A model generated the notes under the pieces. It did not search any database and was not told where the DNA came from. It saw only the letters and a list, made by a program, of their open reading frames with translations. A stretch of 64,000 nucleotides of DNA from assembly GCA_951406725.2 (NCBI GenBank), contig OX597833.1:40424001-40488000 (forward strand). Reading direction: 5' to 3'. Position 1 is the first letter of the stretch; each line of letters opens with the position of its first letter. The position numbers were made by a program, and so were the translations under genes. This DNA is from Octopus vulgaris (Eukaryota). Positions 39,305 to 53,223 of this stretch are shown here, in pieces.

Positions 39305-40258
39305 GTATGTTATCTTTGAGTTTTTTACTCTTTCTGCTTGTCTGTCTTTTCATTTCTCTTTTTCACCCTCTCTCTCTTTTTATCTGCTTTCCTTTCTCCC
39401 TCTCTCCTCTTCATCTTTCTGTTCTCTCTCTTTCTCTGTCTCCTCTTTTTCATCCCTTTTTCTCTCCCTCCCATTTTCACCATTTCTTTTGCCTTATTCT
39501 CCCTCTTTGTCCTTCCTGTCCTCTAATTTTTTTTTCTCCTTCTCCAAAAATATTTCTGTAACAAATAAGCAATCTAGCCTATCCTATCTGCTTCAGCCAG
39601 CAAGCATGTCAGTTCGTAATAATATATATATAAGTGATAATTTCAGTTAATCATTAAATATTTTTAACACATGCACATAGCATAAACTTTTTAAAATCAA
39701 AATCACTACTGCACTAATACTTAGTTTTTCTATAATGCATTGCCAGAATTTGAAATGGATTCAGAATGTAAATATATATATATATATATATATATATAGG
39801 TGCAAGAGTGGCTGTGTGGTAAGTAGCTTGCTTACCAACCACATGGTACCAGGGTCAGTCCCACTGCATGGAGCCTTGAGCAAATGTCTTCCATAGCCTC
39901 AGGCCGACCAAAGCCTTGTAAATGGATTTGGTAGATGGAAACTGAAAGAAGCCTGTCATATACATATATATATATATATATATACACACATACATACATA
40001 TATTTGTGTCTATGTTTGTCCCCCCCACCATCGCTTGACAACTAATGTTGGTGTACTTACATCTCAGTAACTTAGCAGTTTGGCAAAACAGACCAATTGA
40101 ATAAGTACTTGGCTTACAAAGTATAAGTCCTGGGGTTGATTTGTTCGACTAAAGATGGTGTTCCAGCATGACTGGAACAAATAAAAGAATATCTTTTACA
40201 TGATGATTGTTTTAGGAAATTGATTCTTCACAAAACCATGATTTTCTTTATTTTGCAG

Positions 40259-40345
40259 CTCATACCAACAATCAATTCACCAGTTCCAACATTACTGATA
40301 ATCTCACAAATGATCTACTTTTCAACAGTACAAAACCTTCATTTA
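40259..40345 (+). CDS. E2F4/5: E2F4/5-like paralog A, coding exon 7 (PHTNNQFTSSNITDNLTNDLLFNSTKPSF)
   Basis: TTTTGCAG acceptor, GTAAGT donor, 87 nt, phase 1-1, open frame; no homology support. Confidence 0.68.
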
Positions 40346-41125
40346 GTAAGTATTGCACTTCGTGTGTTACTTTTGCTACACATTACACTTTCAGTCTTTT
40401 ACTTTTTCTGTTACACTCTCTACAGAGTTCTCACCAATATTACAGACATCCAGCCACCACAATTATTAAAGATCCCACCCATAAAACACACTTCTAACCA
40501 TGCAACCCCTACAACATTCTTGCTTCTAACAAGCAGATGTGTTAACTTCAGTGTTTTTTCTTGAACTGTTAGAAATAATAGCTAAATTTTCTTCAAGTTA
40601 CTCATGATAAAGATTGATATGGTAGATAATTATGTTGGAATTCACAATAATTGAAATCCAGACGTAGTAGTCGTGGCTTGATTTTTGGTTCAATGCCCTG
40701 AGGTCATCCTTTGTCCTATGTCTTCCTGGGTCTCTGCACACACAAGTAGAAGGAATGAAATAAGTAAATATGGTTTTGCCTGATGGAAGCTGACTTGGAA
40801 CTAAATAATTTCTTAGAAAATCTCCTATAGAGCTAAAATATTCTACCCCTTACTACATCCTTCACTAATAATGTTACACACTTGTACTGTAACATCAGCT
40901 ATGCCACTATAATGCTCCCATCTGGTGTCACATGCCACTTACTACAACACAAATATGAACCAAATACCTGCCAAAATATTGGCTTCAAATTATGGCACAA
41001 GGCTGCAATTTCAGGGAAGAGAGTCAGTCGGTTACATTAACCACAGTGGTCAACTGGTACTTATTTTATTGACCCCATAAGTATGAAAAGCGAAGATGAC
41101 TTTGGTCGAATTTGCACTTGGAAAT

Positions 41126-41257
41126 ACTAGGTTGAGGGGAAAAGTTTGTGTGCTGTGTTAAAATAATGAACTGAATGAATACACACACCATGAAAATATA
41201 TTTTAAAAAAAAAGTGTTATTTTAACATGGTGCACACACTTTTTCCTCAACCTAATA
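41126..41257. mobile_element. Small mariner-type MITE
   Basis: Imperfect ~40-bp inverted ends TAGGTTGAGG...AAAATAA / TTATTTT...CCTCAACCTA. Confidence 0.6.
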
Positions 41258-42581
41258 TTAACCAAATCATTCTCATGGAACATCCAATCTATTGTTTTTA
41301 AGAAATATACAAAAACTTGAATTAATGAAAGTGTCGAAGTTGAAATATTTTTAATTGTAGGCTTGTAGCTCTACATGATCAGGTTTAATTTGGGATTAAA
41401 CAAACACACCATTACCACTATCACACACCTTCACCACAATGTGTGTCCACTGCCGTTGCCACCACCACCACCAATACTACATGTTGCCATCCCTACATAA
41501 TTCTTATCTCATATTTCCATCTAAAGCTATTTTCACTTCTTACTTTCAGGTGGTAAAGAATTTATTGATGATCTTGGCTTCATCTCAGCTGACGGTTCGT
41601 TTGTTTCTAATTAATATTTATTTATAATTGTTGCTGATGGGTGGGTCAATGCATATCTCCTCCATTTTTATTGGGTCAGCAAATAGATGATGGGAGGGTC
41701 ACAGTCTCTTCTCTTTTTTATATAGCGGTTACAATAGAGGGTGAGTGGGTTTGTGAGTATCTCTCTAATCTCTGATTTGGTCAACAGATAAAGGCTGTAT
41801 AGGTCACACTGTCCCTTTTCCTCTGGTTAGCACATTAGATTGTGTGTAGGTCACCATGTGTCTGCTCCTCATCTCTAATTGGTCAGTATGGTAAAAGCTG
41901 GGTGGCTCACCATCCCTCTCCCTCTAAGCATGAAAGAAGATGAGTGGGTCACTGCCCTTTCTCCTTCTCTGAATGATCAATCAGATAGAGAGTGAGTAAA
42001 TCAGTGTCTTGCTCCCCTCCATCATTGTAGGAGTAGTTCCAGATTTTTTGTCCTTATGTTGTTCTGTTGCTGGTGTTTTTGTTGTTATTTTGAATTAAGC
42101 CATAGTAAACTTCACCTCTCATCCACCTGAGATTGATAGTCATTTAGTGAGTATTGATTAAAACACTACCCAAAAGTTGTAGTAAACCCTGTATTCATGT
42201 AACAAATGGGGTGGGGGAAGGTATCTTTTTTCTTCACAAATGTAAATAAACCTAATCTGTTTCTTAAACGAGGGACATATTCATATGGCACAGAATGTTT
42301 TTTTACCTCAATGGACGTCAGTGATTGGTTGAAATTGCCGAAATGCTCGAAATTAAAGATGAAATATCTTACAACATATAGAATTTTCTCAATAAACCAA
42401 GAAAAAATGATGTTTTATAAACACATTCTACCAGTATACGAAGTTTAAAACTTTTTAGTTACCTAGAAATTATGTTAAAAACTGCCGTTGAAAAGGAAAA
42501 GATCCAATGTTACAAGTTATTTTGTTGTTGCTGTTGTTCTAGTAAAGTTGCTAGTTGTAGCTGTGATGTTGTTTAGAGTTA

Positions 42582-43442
42582 CAGGGCACTCAAGCTAAAT
42601 TTGACAGCATGAAAAGAAAAGGAAGCATAATATCCCATCCAAAAATAAAAATATTTAAAAAATATCAAATAAAGCTGGGAACAATTTACTCAAAGTAGCT
42701 GTCCTCAACGTCCACCACAGTCTCAAGATGGCCCCCAAACCTGGAGCTTGCATTCTTCACTGTGTTCTTAGGAAGATATTCAAACACCTTGATTTTGGCC
42801 ACCAGCTCAACCTTGGTGTTACAGGCGGTGTGGTTGGTATCTTTCTCAACTGTGTTCCACACATAGTAATCCATGGAGTTACAATTGGGGTAATTAGAAG
42901 GCCAGGAACTTAAGGCTGGTGAAGTTATAGAAATATTCCAACAACCACATCTGACTCTTTCTGAAGGTATGGCAAGAAGGCAAATCTTGCTACCATGCTT
43001 ATGGCCTTCCAGCAGCAACCCTCTCCAGCCATGGATTAACCATAATCTCCAGCAGCTTCACATAGCTGTTTGAATTGAACCTAAGGCCCTGTTCATCGGT
43101 TGCTGGATGAATTCTAGTGTTTGTATGCAGTCAGAATGCCTGCTGTGTCCCTTTCTGCGGGCCACAGCTTTGTAGTCACCATTGCAGCTCTCCATGTCAC
43201 ATCTTACAGCCTTTACAGTGTCCATAGAGCATTGAGCAGTTGTCATGATGTCAGCATTTCATCATGGTACAATCATGATACAGGTGACTCTTTTCCAATA
43301 TGCAGACGGCTTTCAATTCTCTATGTCAGCTAACTTTTTCTCAAATACAGTTTTGAGGTTTGTGCTCTCCAATGCCTTTGACATCAAGCTGTTACTGAGA
43401 AAAAAAGTGACAAAAAAAAATTATCAAATTTAGTCCCCACTG
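42582..43442 (-). mobile_element. Deleted Tc1/mariner-superfamily element (DD37D/maT-like)
   Basis: WPSNYPNCNSMDYYVW is a decayed WPxxSPDxNPxDY motif; partial TIRs with TA ends. Confidence 0.75.
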
Positions 43443-44269
43443 TAGTTTAACAGGTGGGCTTGTAGCTGACAAAATCACTAATGTATTGTTTAACTAAAAG
43501 TTCAGTGGACCACTTTCTTCTCTCTCTTGGTATTCTGGCAGAGAAGAATATTGTTAACTAAAATATAAGCAACGAAATTTGTGTGGTTGGGTTAGCGTGT
43601 TTGATGGTTTTTGTTATTGTTGTTGGTCAGCCTCATGACAGCAGTCCTGACTGAGCAGCCCTGTGATGATCAAAATCAATTCAGCTGTGACCATCTTCTC
43701 TTTCTTTCAAACATCGTATATTTACAACTTCATTATCCAATATATTCTTTGTTTAAGATGATGTGGTGTGTTATGAGGAGAGGAATATTTGGCTGCACTT
43801 TCCAGCAGGTCAATTGACTTGAATGTTGCATTTCTATGTGGATAGGAGCAGTTCCTAATTGGTAATTTTCCTTCAAAAATTTGGCATGGATCTATGGACT
43901 CATCATAATTCTTTTATGCTGGTCTGTTAGCAAACATCCTCAATGCCATGGCCATATCGTACCATTGAAGGAGCCTCTATGCAATTACTTGATTTGCTAC
44001 AAGTAGCAGCTAAATTGTCCTCAAATCTTATCCTGTTTTCTTTTAAAAATAAAAGACACATGTAGTCCTAAGTAAACACAAAAGTTAGAATATGATAGGA
44101 ATATCCCAACAGGAATGCCTTTTGATCATAGATCTGCTACCTAGGGTCTTACCTGGGGTTGCACTACAACTAGCTGTTTTAGCAAAATTTTGAAATTGAA
44201 ATTTAAAAATCTAATCCAGATCATGAATAAAATGGGATTTTTCTCTTTTTTATTTTTTATTTTTCACAG

Positions 44270-44421
44270 GCTTGGAACCGTTGTTGCATCTAAGTCCTCC
44301 ACCTAGTGAGAGGGATTACCATTTCCATTTGGATGATAGTGAAGGCGTCTGTGATTTCTTCGATGTTCCTCTGCTACCCCCCCATGCTACTGCTGCATCT
44401 TCAGCCACACCCTTCTACTGA
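44270..44421 (+). CDS. E2F4/5: E2F4/5-like paralog A, last coding exon ([36 protein letters not shown]...PFY*), pocket-protein-binding domain
   Basis: LSPPP...DY...[12 protein letters not shown] Rb-family binding motif; TTTTCACAG acceptor; the exons sum to 1062 nt = 353 aa plus stop. Confidence 0.93.
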
Positions 44422-45341
44422 TACCTCAGGCATTTGTCTCTTCTCTTCACCTCTTAAAACATATCTTCAACAGCCACTTATGCCTACTATTACTACTACT
44501 ACTACTACCACCACCATCACCTCCACCACTATTCTCACTGTCGTCATCACAGTTATCACACCATTCCATATAAATGTTCATTCCTATTTTTATAAATAGG
44601 TTTGTATGCTCCTCCTCTTCACTATTTCAATATCCCTTTTCCAATGGTAGGTATAGAGTGGAGATAGTAATGGTGAAAAGTGGTTCTTCAACACACACAT
44701 ACACACACACAAATGAAAAGGGATCTTATAATAGACATTGTCAAGATGTCTTTATCATTGTCCTCATCCAAGGGAACCATACTACTCACTCTCAGGGTTT
44801 AAAATACTACATAGATCACAAAATATTCCACCTATGTCATCACAGTTTTAATTATTCATTTTACTTTTTCTTTATCTTTCATTTATTTTACCTTTAATTG
44901 TTATTTCTAAGTGTGGCAGATTGGTAGAATTACTAAAGCATCACATTAAATGCCTTGCAGCCTTTTTCATGTTCTGAGTTCAAATATTGCTAAAAGTCAA
45001 CATTGCCTTTCATCCTTCGAGGATCAATGAAATATAGAATGAGTGAAGTATGGTACTGCTTATGTTAGAAATTATTCGAGAAACATTTCAAGTCCTATTA
45101 TTACTCAGAACTTAATACTACTAATTAATTATTGGTTTCAAATACTGGCACAAGGCCAGCAAGTTTGGAGGAGTAGGCAAATCAATTACATCAGGCCCCC
45201 AGTTCTTGATTGGTACTTATTGACCCTGGTAAGATGAAAGGCAAAGTTGTTCCTTAATGGAATTTGACCTCAGAATGTAGAGACAGGCGAAATGTTGCTA
45301 AGCATTTTGCCCTGCATGACTGCTAATGCATAATTACTAAC

Positions 45342-45390
<49 letters not shown>

Positions 45391-47175
45391 CATACATACA
45401 CATGTATATCACTTGTAAAACATACGCACCCATGTGGTTAAAAAGTTTGCTCCAATTAACCTTAACCACTATGTAATGGAGGTTTTAATGTAATTTCAGT
45501 AAAAATGTTCAGTGTATCTTTGGTTTTGAAAATAGGAACACTTTATCCCAGAGTGTTGTAAAAAGTGATTAAAACGGTTTGTATCTGAAAGGACATCTGG
45601 CCAGAAAACACTACCTCAAAAAATATCCCTTCCTAACTGTTCTAGAATGGAAAACATGGATGTGATAACAATGACAGTCAAGGTTTGATCTGAATGGAAA
45701 GCTAAAGAGGGTTGGATTGTGTTGTGATTATGGTGTTGGTACCATGGTAGGAATAAAAAGCAAGCACCAGTAATATACTGTCCAGCCCAGTAAACTCTAA
45801 CTTACTCCAAATTAGTGACTGTTGCAAATGTGAGAGATTGTTATTGGATTGGTAGAATTGAGCATCAGACAAAATGCCTTAGTGAGATTAAGTGAGATTT
45901 AGTTCTGATTTCAGATCCTGCTGTAATTCTCCTCTTTTAGTTGGAATGGAAATCAATAAAAATCCACTATACCCCTTTCCTTTATTGTCGTGGGCCCGTT
46001 TTAAAAATTGTTACTGCTAGTTGGAGTGGTGAAAGGGAGTAAAAACAGTCAATTTTGTGGTATCTTTTAGTCCAACCCATGCCAGCATGGAGCATGGTCA
46101 TTAAATGATGACTATGATCCGAGTTCAAATGCTACCAAGGTTGGCTTTTGCTTTTTATCCTTTCAGGGTTGATGTGGGAGGGAAAGGGGGTCAGTTGCAT
46201 TGGTTGTTTCTTGCTGTCACCAAATTTTACGACCTTGTGCCAATCTTTGAAATTAATTATAAAATAGTGAATTTGTTGTTCTGGGTTCAGATTTTGCCAT
46301 GGTTAAACTTTGCATTTCATATCTCCATATTTGATAAAATTAAGTGCCAGTCATGGACTGGGACCACTTAAAATTAACTAACTTCCAACCAGCAAAATTG
46401 CTAGCCTTGTGCCTATATTACAAAGAATTATTTTTGGAAAGGTGGTGGATTAGTGGAATCATTAGAATATTGGACAAAATACTTTGCAGCATTTCTTCTG
46501 CTTCTGTACATTCTGATTTAAAATTCCACTGAGGTCAATTTTAGCTCTTTAAGTTCTTGAGTATGATAATAGACCAGTGACATACTGGGGTTGATATAAT
46601 TGACTGTTTCCTTCCCTAAATTTTCTGGACTTGTGCCTATTATTATTATCATTATTATTATTAGCAGAGTGGGCAAAACTAATAAAAGTTTGTTAACAGT
46701 TATTATTATGTTATAATAAACCACTTTTTATTTTTTTAAGACTTTATTTTTACTGAGTTATGAGGGCAAATTTAATAAATAATGCAATTGTTTTCATTTT
46801 TAAATACATGACAGGTGGCATTACTTTTTTTTTATTATTATTGTCTTTGCCACTCTTACAATTTTGCTGCCTGGCTGCAGAAATTATTATTTGTTTTAAG
46901 TTTTTGCAATACTACAGGGCTGCTATAGTCTTTACATAGCTTTAAAAATTGCTCCCAAATTAATTTTTCTTTTTTGATATCTGTGTGGTCTACACACGTA
47001 CACATATGTTAACAAGCTAAAATATATTGATGGCTGATACTTTGTCAATAGGTACTTCTGAATGTTTGATATCATTGTTATGTCTAGACATGTACACACA
47101 TGTATATGCACACACACACATGTATGTGTGTGTAGATATATTTTGTGTGCGTGTGTAATATATATTTTTAATTAA

Positions 47176-48262
47176 CCCTTTCGTTACTATATTTCTGACC
47201 AAAATACACCCCTTATGTGTTTCAATTAATTTCTAACATAATCATAAATTTAGTCTGGTTTCATTAAACAACTATAACTTTTTTATTTATCAATATATTA
47301 ATGTGATTTTTGGATGATAATTTAATGAAATGTTCTCAACCAATTCTATACTATAATTTTTGTCACAAAGTGACTCTAATTGCAGGTAGATACAGGTAAA
47401 TTCAACAAAATATAAAATTATTAAAATTTTTGTTCAAACATCACTATAGAAAATGGGTTATTAGCTAATATTCAATTGGGTATACAACAAAATTTTACTA
47501 TAGAATTTGTTATTCTGGGTAACTTTCTGATACCCATAATAATATTTATGGCAAAATAGGCCTTAATTTCATTTAAGGTTGTGGGAAACCACAAACTATC
47601 CTTTCCTTCGCTTTGTTTACATTTAGCGTAACAGTTCGTTTCTGCTGTAATGATTTCAAATAGGCTCATTCGAAAAAGTAAAAAAGAAATAGTCTAAGGC
47701 TTTACTCTCCTGGGAAAGACTGTGGCTTGGTCCAGTTTCTTCAGAAAAATCATCGAAATAAACAGTTTTTAAATTTTCACTCCATTCAGGTGCCAATTCA
47801 TTTTCTTTATCGCTGTCGGAGCTCTCGGATTCACTGTTTTCACTTTCGGAAAATGAAACATCGGATTCATTATCAAATACCTCATGCTTTTTTTTTCAGT
47901 CGTAGTTAGATTTATCAAGGTCTTCAGTAGAAAAGCCTTCGAATTCTGACTCGCTGCTTGATATAATGAAATTCGTATACATTTTTTGTCAGAATTACAA
48001 ATTTTGAAAACACAATAGGAACAAATTTCGGAAAAAAATCTCCCAAAATTCACAGAATTAAAATTACACTTTGATCATTGTACAAAACTGTAGATGAACT
48101 GTTTACGAAGTATAATCACATGTTTTCACGAATGTACTAAAGAGATTTGCTCTGATATTCTCATTTAAATATGAATAGGTAAATACGGGCAGGTTTGGGC
48201 GGTTTGGTCACATTAACCAAAATTTTTTTCGGGCGGCTTTGGGCGGTTTGGTAACGAAAGGG
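47176..48262 (-). mobile_element. Internally deleted piggyBac transposon
   Basis: Perfect TTAA|CCCTTTCGTTAC ... GTAACGAAAGGG|TTAA; relic LFEIITAETNCYA...WFPTTLNEIKAYFAINIIMGIRKLPRI is piggyBac-transposase-like. Confidence 0.92.
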
Positions 48263-49206
48263 TTAAACTAATGATTCACTTTGTCACTATTTAGTTTCTG
48301 ACAAAGTGCAATAATGTAACAGGTTTTTCTTAAATGGTTGCATTTGTTGAGAAACTCTGAGTATTGATGGACTTAATCATGTCTAAAATAAATGAGTTCT
48401 ACTTAAAGAATTTTATCTATATATATATGCACACACATACACACGTGTGTGTGTGGTAAAAATATTTTGTTTTCAACACCAGCTTAACAATGAAAGAGTT
48501 CTTTTATTGAATCCCTCCAAATTCATTATTAATTTCACTAGAAATATAGTCAAAGGAAGGTTAAATATTATAACATTAACTTGTCTGTTTTTTCATACAG
48601 ATGGCAGCTATTATTATTTTTTTTTTTTTTTTGTAATTCCTAAACATATTTTTTTAGTTGCCTTTACCAATCCCCGCAAACAAAAAACAAACATAAACCA
48701 AGTGTTTCATTCATTTTCACTTCATGGATTATTATAAAAGAAGGCAGCATCAAACTACTTAGGCAAAAAAAAATATATATATATATATATATGGCGGTGC
48801 CCCAGCATGGCCACAGCTCGTGAGCTGAAACTAGATAAAATAAAAATAAAATAAAATAAAAATATATATTACTTCAAACATTGTATCTGCTAATATTTGA
48901 ATTTGTTAAAATATTGCAGAAAAACAACAAAAGAGAACTCATTTGGTAAAATAAAACTCATATGCACACAAACACACACCTTACAATCTTGGTGCCTTCT
49001 TGTTTCATAAAATTTTTAATGTGAAAATAAAAACAAATGAATACATTTTATTTTCTCTGAATTCCTGTCAGACAAAAGACAAAAAAAATACAAGCACAAA
49101 CGCATACATATATTAGCATATGATCAAAGTATTTTCCAAATTACTTTTTGAAGACCTTTTTAAAGTGCATTATATGCATTTCATCTAATTACATGTATTT
49201 TTATAG

Positions 49207-49242
<36 letters not shown>

Positions 49243-49786
49243 AAATCTCAATGTCTCACTCTTTCTCTTATGTGCACACAGCACACATACACTATTGTAT
49301 ACATCCATACACACACTCACACTCATGTATGTGTATGCATGTAACCATGAAACTTTCATTTTCAGCTCACTGATTTATAGTCTACCAATGAAATCTGGTT
49401 GCATGAAACCTTTAGGTATGGCTATATAAACTTGTTTATTACATACACTATACACTTGTAAATTCAAGAGTGTAGTTATCATTTACATGTTTTTGTAAAA
49501 TAAAATTAAAAAAAAAAACAATATGATTTAAATTTTTGGTGTAAAGATTCAATATTTATAACCAAGAACAAAAAAAAGTGACTGTATTTTTATTTGAATT
49601 AAAATAAAAAGGAAAAAAAATTGTTAATTTGTCTATTGGTGGTTGTTGAACTTTATTACCTGTCTGTATCTTTTCTGTGCTTCAGTCATTAGACTAATAA
49701 TGAGATAAGACATTGGGCAGTGTTCAGCACTGAACAATTTAGGTGATGGATAAAAAATGGTTAAGTGGTTGTGTAGATATGTGTAA

Positions 49787-50166
49787 GGAGGCGCAATGGC
49801 CCAGTGGTTAGGGCAGCGGACTCGCAGTCGTAGGATCGCAGATTCAATTTCCAGACCGGGCGTTGTGAGTGTTTATTGAGCGAAAACACCTAAAGCTCCA
49901 CGAGCTCCGACAGGAATGGTGGTGATCCCTGCTGTACTCTTTCACCACAACTTTCTCTCACTCTTACTTCCTGTTTCTGTTGTACCTGTATTTCAAAGGG
50001 CCGGCCTTGTCACTCTCTGTGTCACGCTGAATATCCCCGAGAACTACGTTAAGGGTACACGTGTCTGTGGAGTGCTCAGCCACTTACACGTTAATTTCAC
50101 GAGCAGGCTGTTCTGTTGATCGGATCAACCGGAACCCTCGTCGTCATAACCGATGGAGTGTTTCCC
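49787..50166 (+). mobile_element. SINE family C head with tail type 2
   Basis: 10-bp TSD AGATATGTGT (49775-49784 / 50167-50176). Confidence 0.88.
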
Positions 50167-51160
50167 AGATATGTGTGAAAGTGAATGAACCTTATTTTGA
50201 AAGCTTAAAAATAACTGAGAATAATTTGGCCGATTAATTTTGGTTGAGATTAACTGCTTGTTTATTAGTGAATGGCGACAGCAGTTTGGGACACTGCCTT
50301 GAAGAACTGACCCCCACCTCACCCCCAGTATTTTTTTTTTTTGAAGTCTTTATTCTGTTGGTCTTTTTCTGCCAAACTGCTGAGTTATAAGGAAGTATAC
50401 AGACCAAAAGCAGTGGTGAGGTACAAACACACATGTGCACATGCATGCTTCTTTCAGTTTCTACCTACCAAATCCACTAACAAGGCTAAAATAGAAGACA
50501 TTTCCTAGGTGTCACAATAGGACTGAACCCAGAACGATGTGGTTTGGAAACAAGCTTCTTACCACACAGCCATGCCCACATCTAGAGTATCATCTTTGAT
50601 TGAGAGATCAAAGCCTTGTGTTTGTGGTGTTGCACTTACGATTCCAAGATTGTAGTTTCTATTTCTAAAACTGGGTACCATGTTTTGTTCTTGAGTACAG
50701 CACTTCAACTTGCATTGCTCTGCAATCACTTCAGCTGATGTGTGGCACATTGTGCACCTGTACAGGCAATGTTGATTTAATGGGAGAGAGAGCTAATGTA
50801 CACCAAAAACATTTGATCACTATAAACAAATCATCTGTACTGGCTGATCAGCAAGAAATTACAAAATCCTCATAATTCATCTCTGACAATAAAGTCCACA
50901 ATATTATGGGTTGTAAGATCAATATAGTATTGCATCTTGTCTCCAGGTAACTTCTTTATATCACATCTGAATTAGTTCAGTAACTATCACTGTTACATAC
51001 CACCACAATTCTTACTCTTATACATTTACTGTAATCCCTTCAGTTCCCTGAAACATGCTTGTTGCATATTACCTAAAACACAGCTCTGCTATATATATGC
51101 TGCAACTACAATGACCTTTACACAACAATATTAGGTGGTTGAATATCACTGACCTCACTG

Positions 51161-51197
<37 letters not shown>

Positions 51198-51540
51198 GGA
51201 TCATCCCATAATGTTAAGATAAGGTTCTCTTAATCTAAAATATACTCTTTCATTTTCTACAATGTTCTATCCATCTGGTACACTTGCAGGGCCCATCTTC
51301 CAAAATTCACTTGTCTGTGATGAAAAATATGCCTCCAGTGCTGTTCCAACCTTGTCTACAGAATTCATATTTTTTTCTGTCTAAATGATTTTGAAGACTG
51401 CAGAATAAATGATAATTAGATGGGGCAATGTCTGGTGAGTAAGGTGAATGGGGTATCGTTTCCCATTCAAACTGCTCCAGCCTTTGGAGTGTCATCCTTG
51501 CTGTATGTGGCCGAGCGTTATCCTGATGGAAGAACTCACA
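51198..51540 (-). mobile_element. Mariner 3' fragment
   Basis: HQDNARPH...PHSPYSPDIAPSNYHLF. Confidence 0.87.
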
Positions 51541-51587
51541 CAAAAAGAGATGACAAATGAATAACCAATTATCTTATGAACTTTATT

Positions 51588-51664
51588 AGCTTACAGCTGT
51601 TTCCACTATGAGATGTGGTGGACTCAGTTGATTGCCTGAGTAACACTTTAGTTTCATCAGAACC
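51588..51664 (-). ncRNA. Type I hammerhead ribozyme-like motif (Penelope-type)
   Basis: GGTT-CTGATGA-stem II-GAAAC-AGCT-GTA-AGCT on the minus strand. Confidence 0.5.
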
Positions 51665-52448
51665 TCAAACATGAAGCCTGCATGTGTGTGTATATATATA
51701 TATATGTATATATATGAGAGAAAAAGTTCTATCTCAAAGACAAAATACCACAGTGAATGCCTTTTGCATACAGAAGTATGCTGTCCTCATCTACCTATAT
51801 ATATATAAAATGTGTTGAGCTGATCTCCAAATGTCAGCTGATTGCTTTGATGTAATTTTGCCTCTTTAGTCATTTAAAACCAAGCCATAACTTTTGTTCC
51901 TTGACAAAAATGTATAAGTGTGTGTAAACCAGCAATCAGTATGTTTGTTGGTATATGCTACACTTGGCTTGTCAATCTGGAATTTAGTATATGTACACAA
52001 TGTAGCAAAGATCAAGATAAAAATGTGTGCAGAATGAGAGGCATTTGGCACAGGAGTTTTTGTCTGGTAATTTGTCAACATTGCTCTTGACTCAGCTTGA
52101 TGTGTCTTTGCATACATGAGTACTGAAAGAAAGTTTTATTTCTGAAACAACCCTATACCAAGTGTTTTTTGCATTCTTAACAGGTGTGTGTAAAAAGTAA
52201 ACATACACATCTGTATTTTGATCACCACTGCTTTGTGAGGATATAAAATATGTATATGTGTATGGATATCTCTGTATGTATACATGAGTTTCCATCCACT
52301 AATTTCACTCACGTGGTATCAGTAAGCCCAATGCAATACAAGAAGATACCTGCTCAATGTGCTGCACAGTGGAACTGGAACTAGTACCACATAGTTTCTT
52401 GCACGGTGTGTGTGTGTATGTATGTATATTTATATATATATATATGTG

Positions 52449-52735
52449 TGGAGGCGCAATGGCCCAGTGGTTAGGCAGCGGACTCGCGGTTTCGATTCCC
52501 AGACCAGGTGTTGTGAGTGTTTGTTGAGCGAAAACACCTAAAGCTCCACGAGGCTCCGGCAGGGGGTGGTGGCGATCCCTGCTGTACTCTTTCACCACAA
52601 CTTTCTCTCACTCTTTCGTCTGTTGGCCTGCTCGCTTAGCCAGCGGGATGGCGTCATTTGAAGGCTAAAACAATGCGAAGCGCATTGTGACCAGCGATGT
52701 GTAGCAACATCTGATAGCCTGGTCGGTCACGGCGA
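52449..52735 (+). mobile_element. SINE family C head with tail type 3
   Basis: First ~170 nt match the 16138 and 49787 copies; the 3' part is unrelated. Confidence 0.85.
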
Positions 52736-52846
52736 TATATATATATATGTGTGTGTGTGTGTATTTAAGTTACAATTTATAGATTCAATCAATCCAGTAG
52801 TATTCATAAAAAAAGCTCCTTAATATATCATTTTGCAATACATATA

Positions 52847-53223
52847 CACTTGCGTCAGAAATTAATTAGCACTTCTCAAATTTCTACATTAAATAGGTTA
52901 AATCAATTAACCTATGAGCTGTTCAAAACGTCTTACGCGATGAGAAAACTTAGTATGGTGTGATTTCAGTCCTTGCGAGGCGCTATCTATATCTATTAAA
53001 CAAAGGAATTTGTCTGCATCCGCACTCCAAGTTGTTGTTGCACTGCTATGTCAACATCATAAGGCTGTAGACTCTCAAACTGCTCTGCAAACAAAATTAC
53101 GTCATCGTTCTGCGCAACAGTGACTCGCAACAAAGCAATAGTTCGAGATATGGCCACTAGGTGACAGCACATACCTTGAGTGAAGAGCAAATGAAGGGTG
53201 CTAATTAATTTCTGACGGTAGTG
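52847..53223. mobile_element. Tc1-type MITE
   Basis: TIR CACT..CGTCAGAAATTAATTAGCAC at both ends, TA flanks. Confidence 0.82.
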
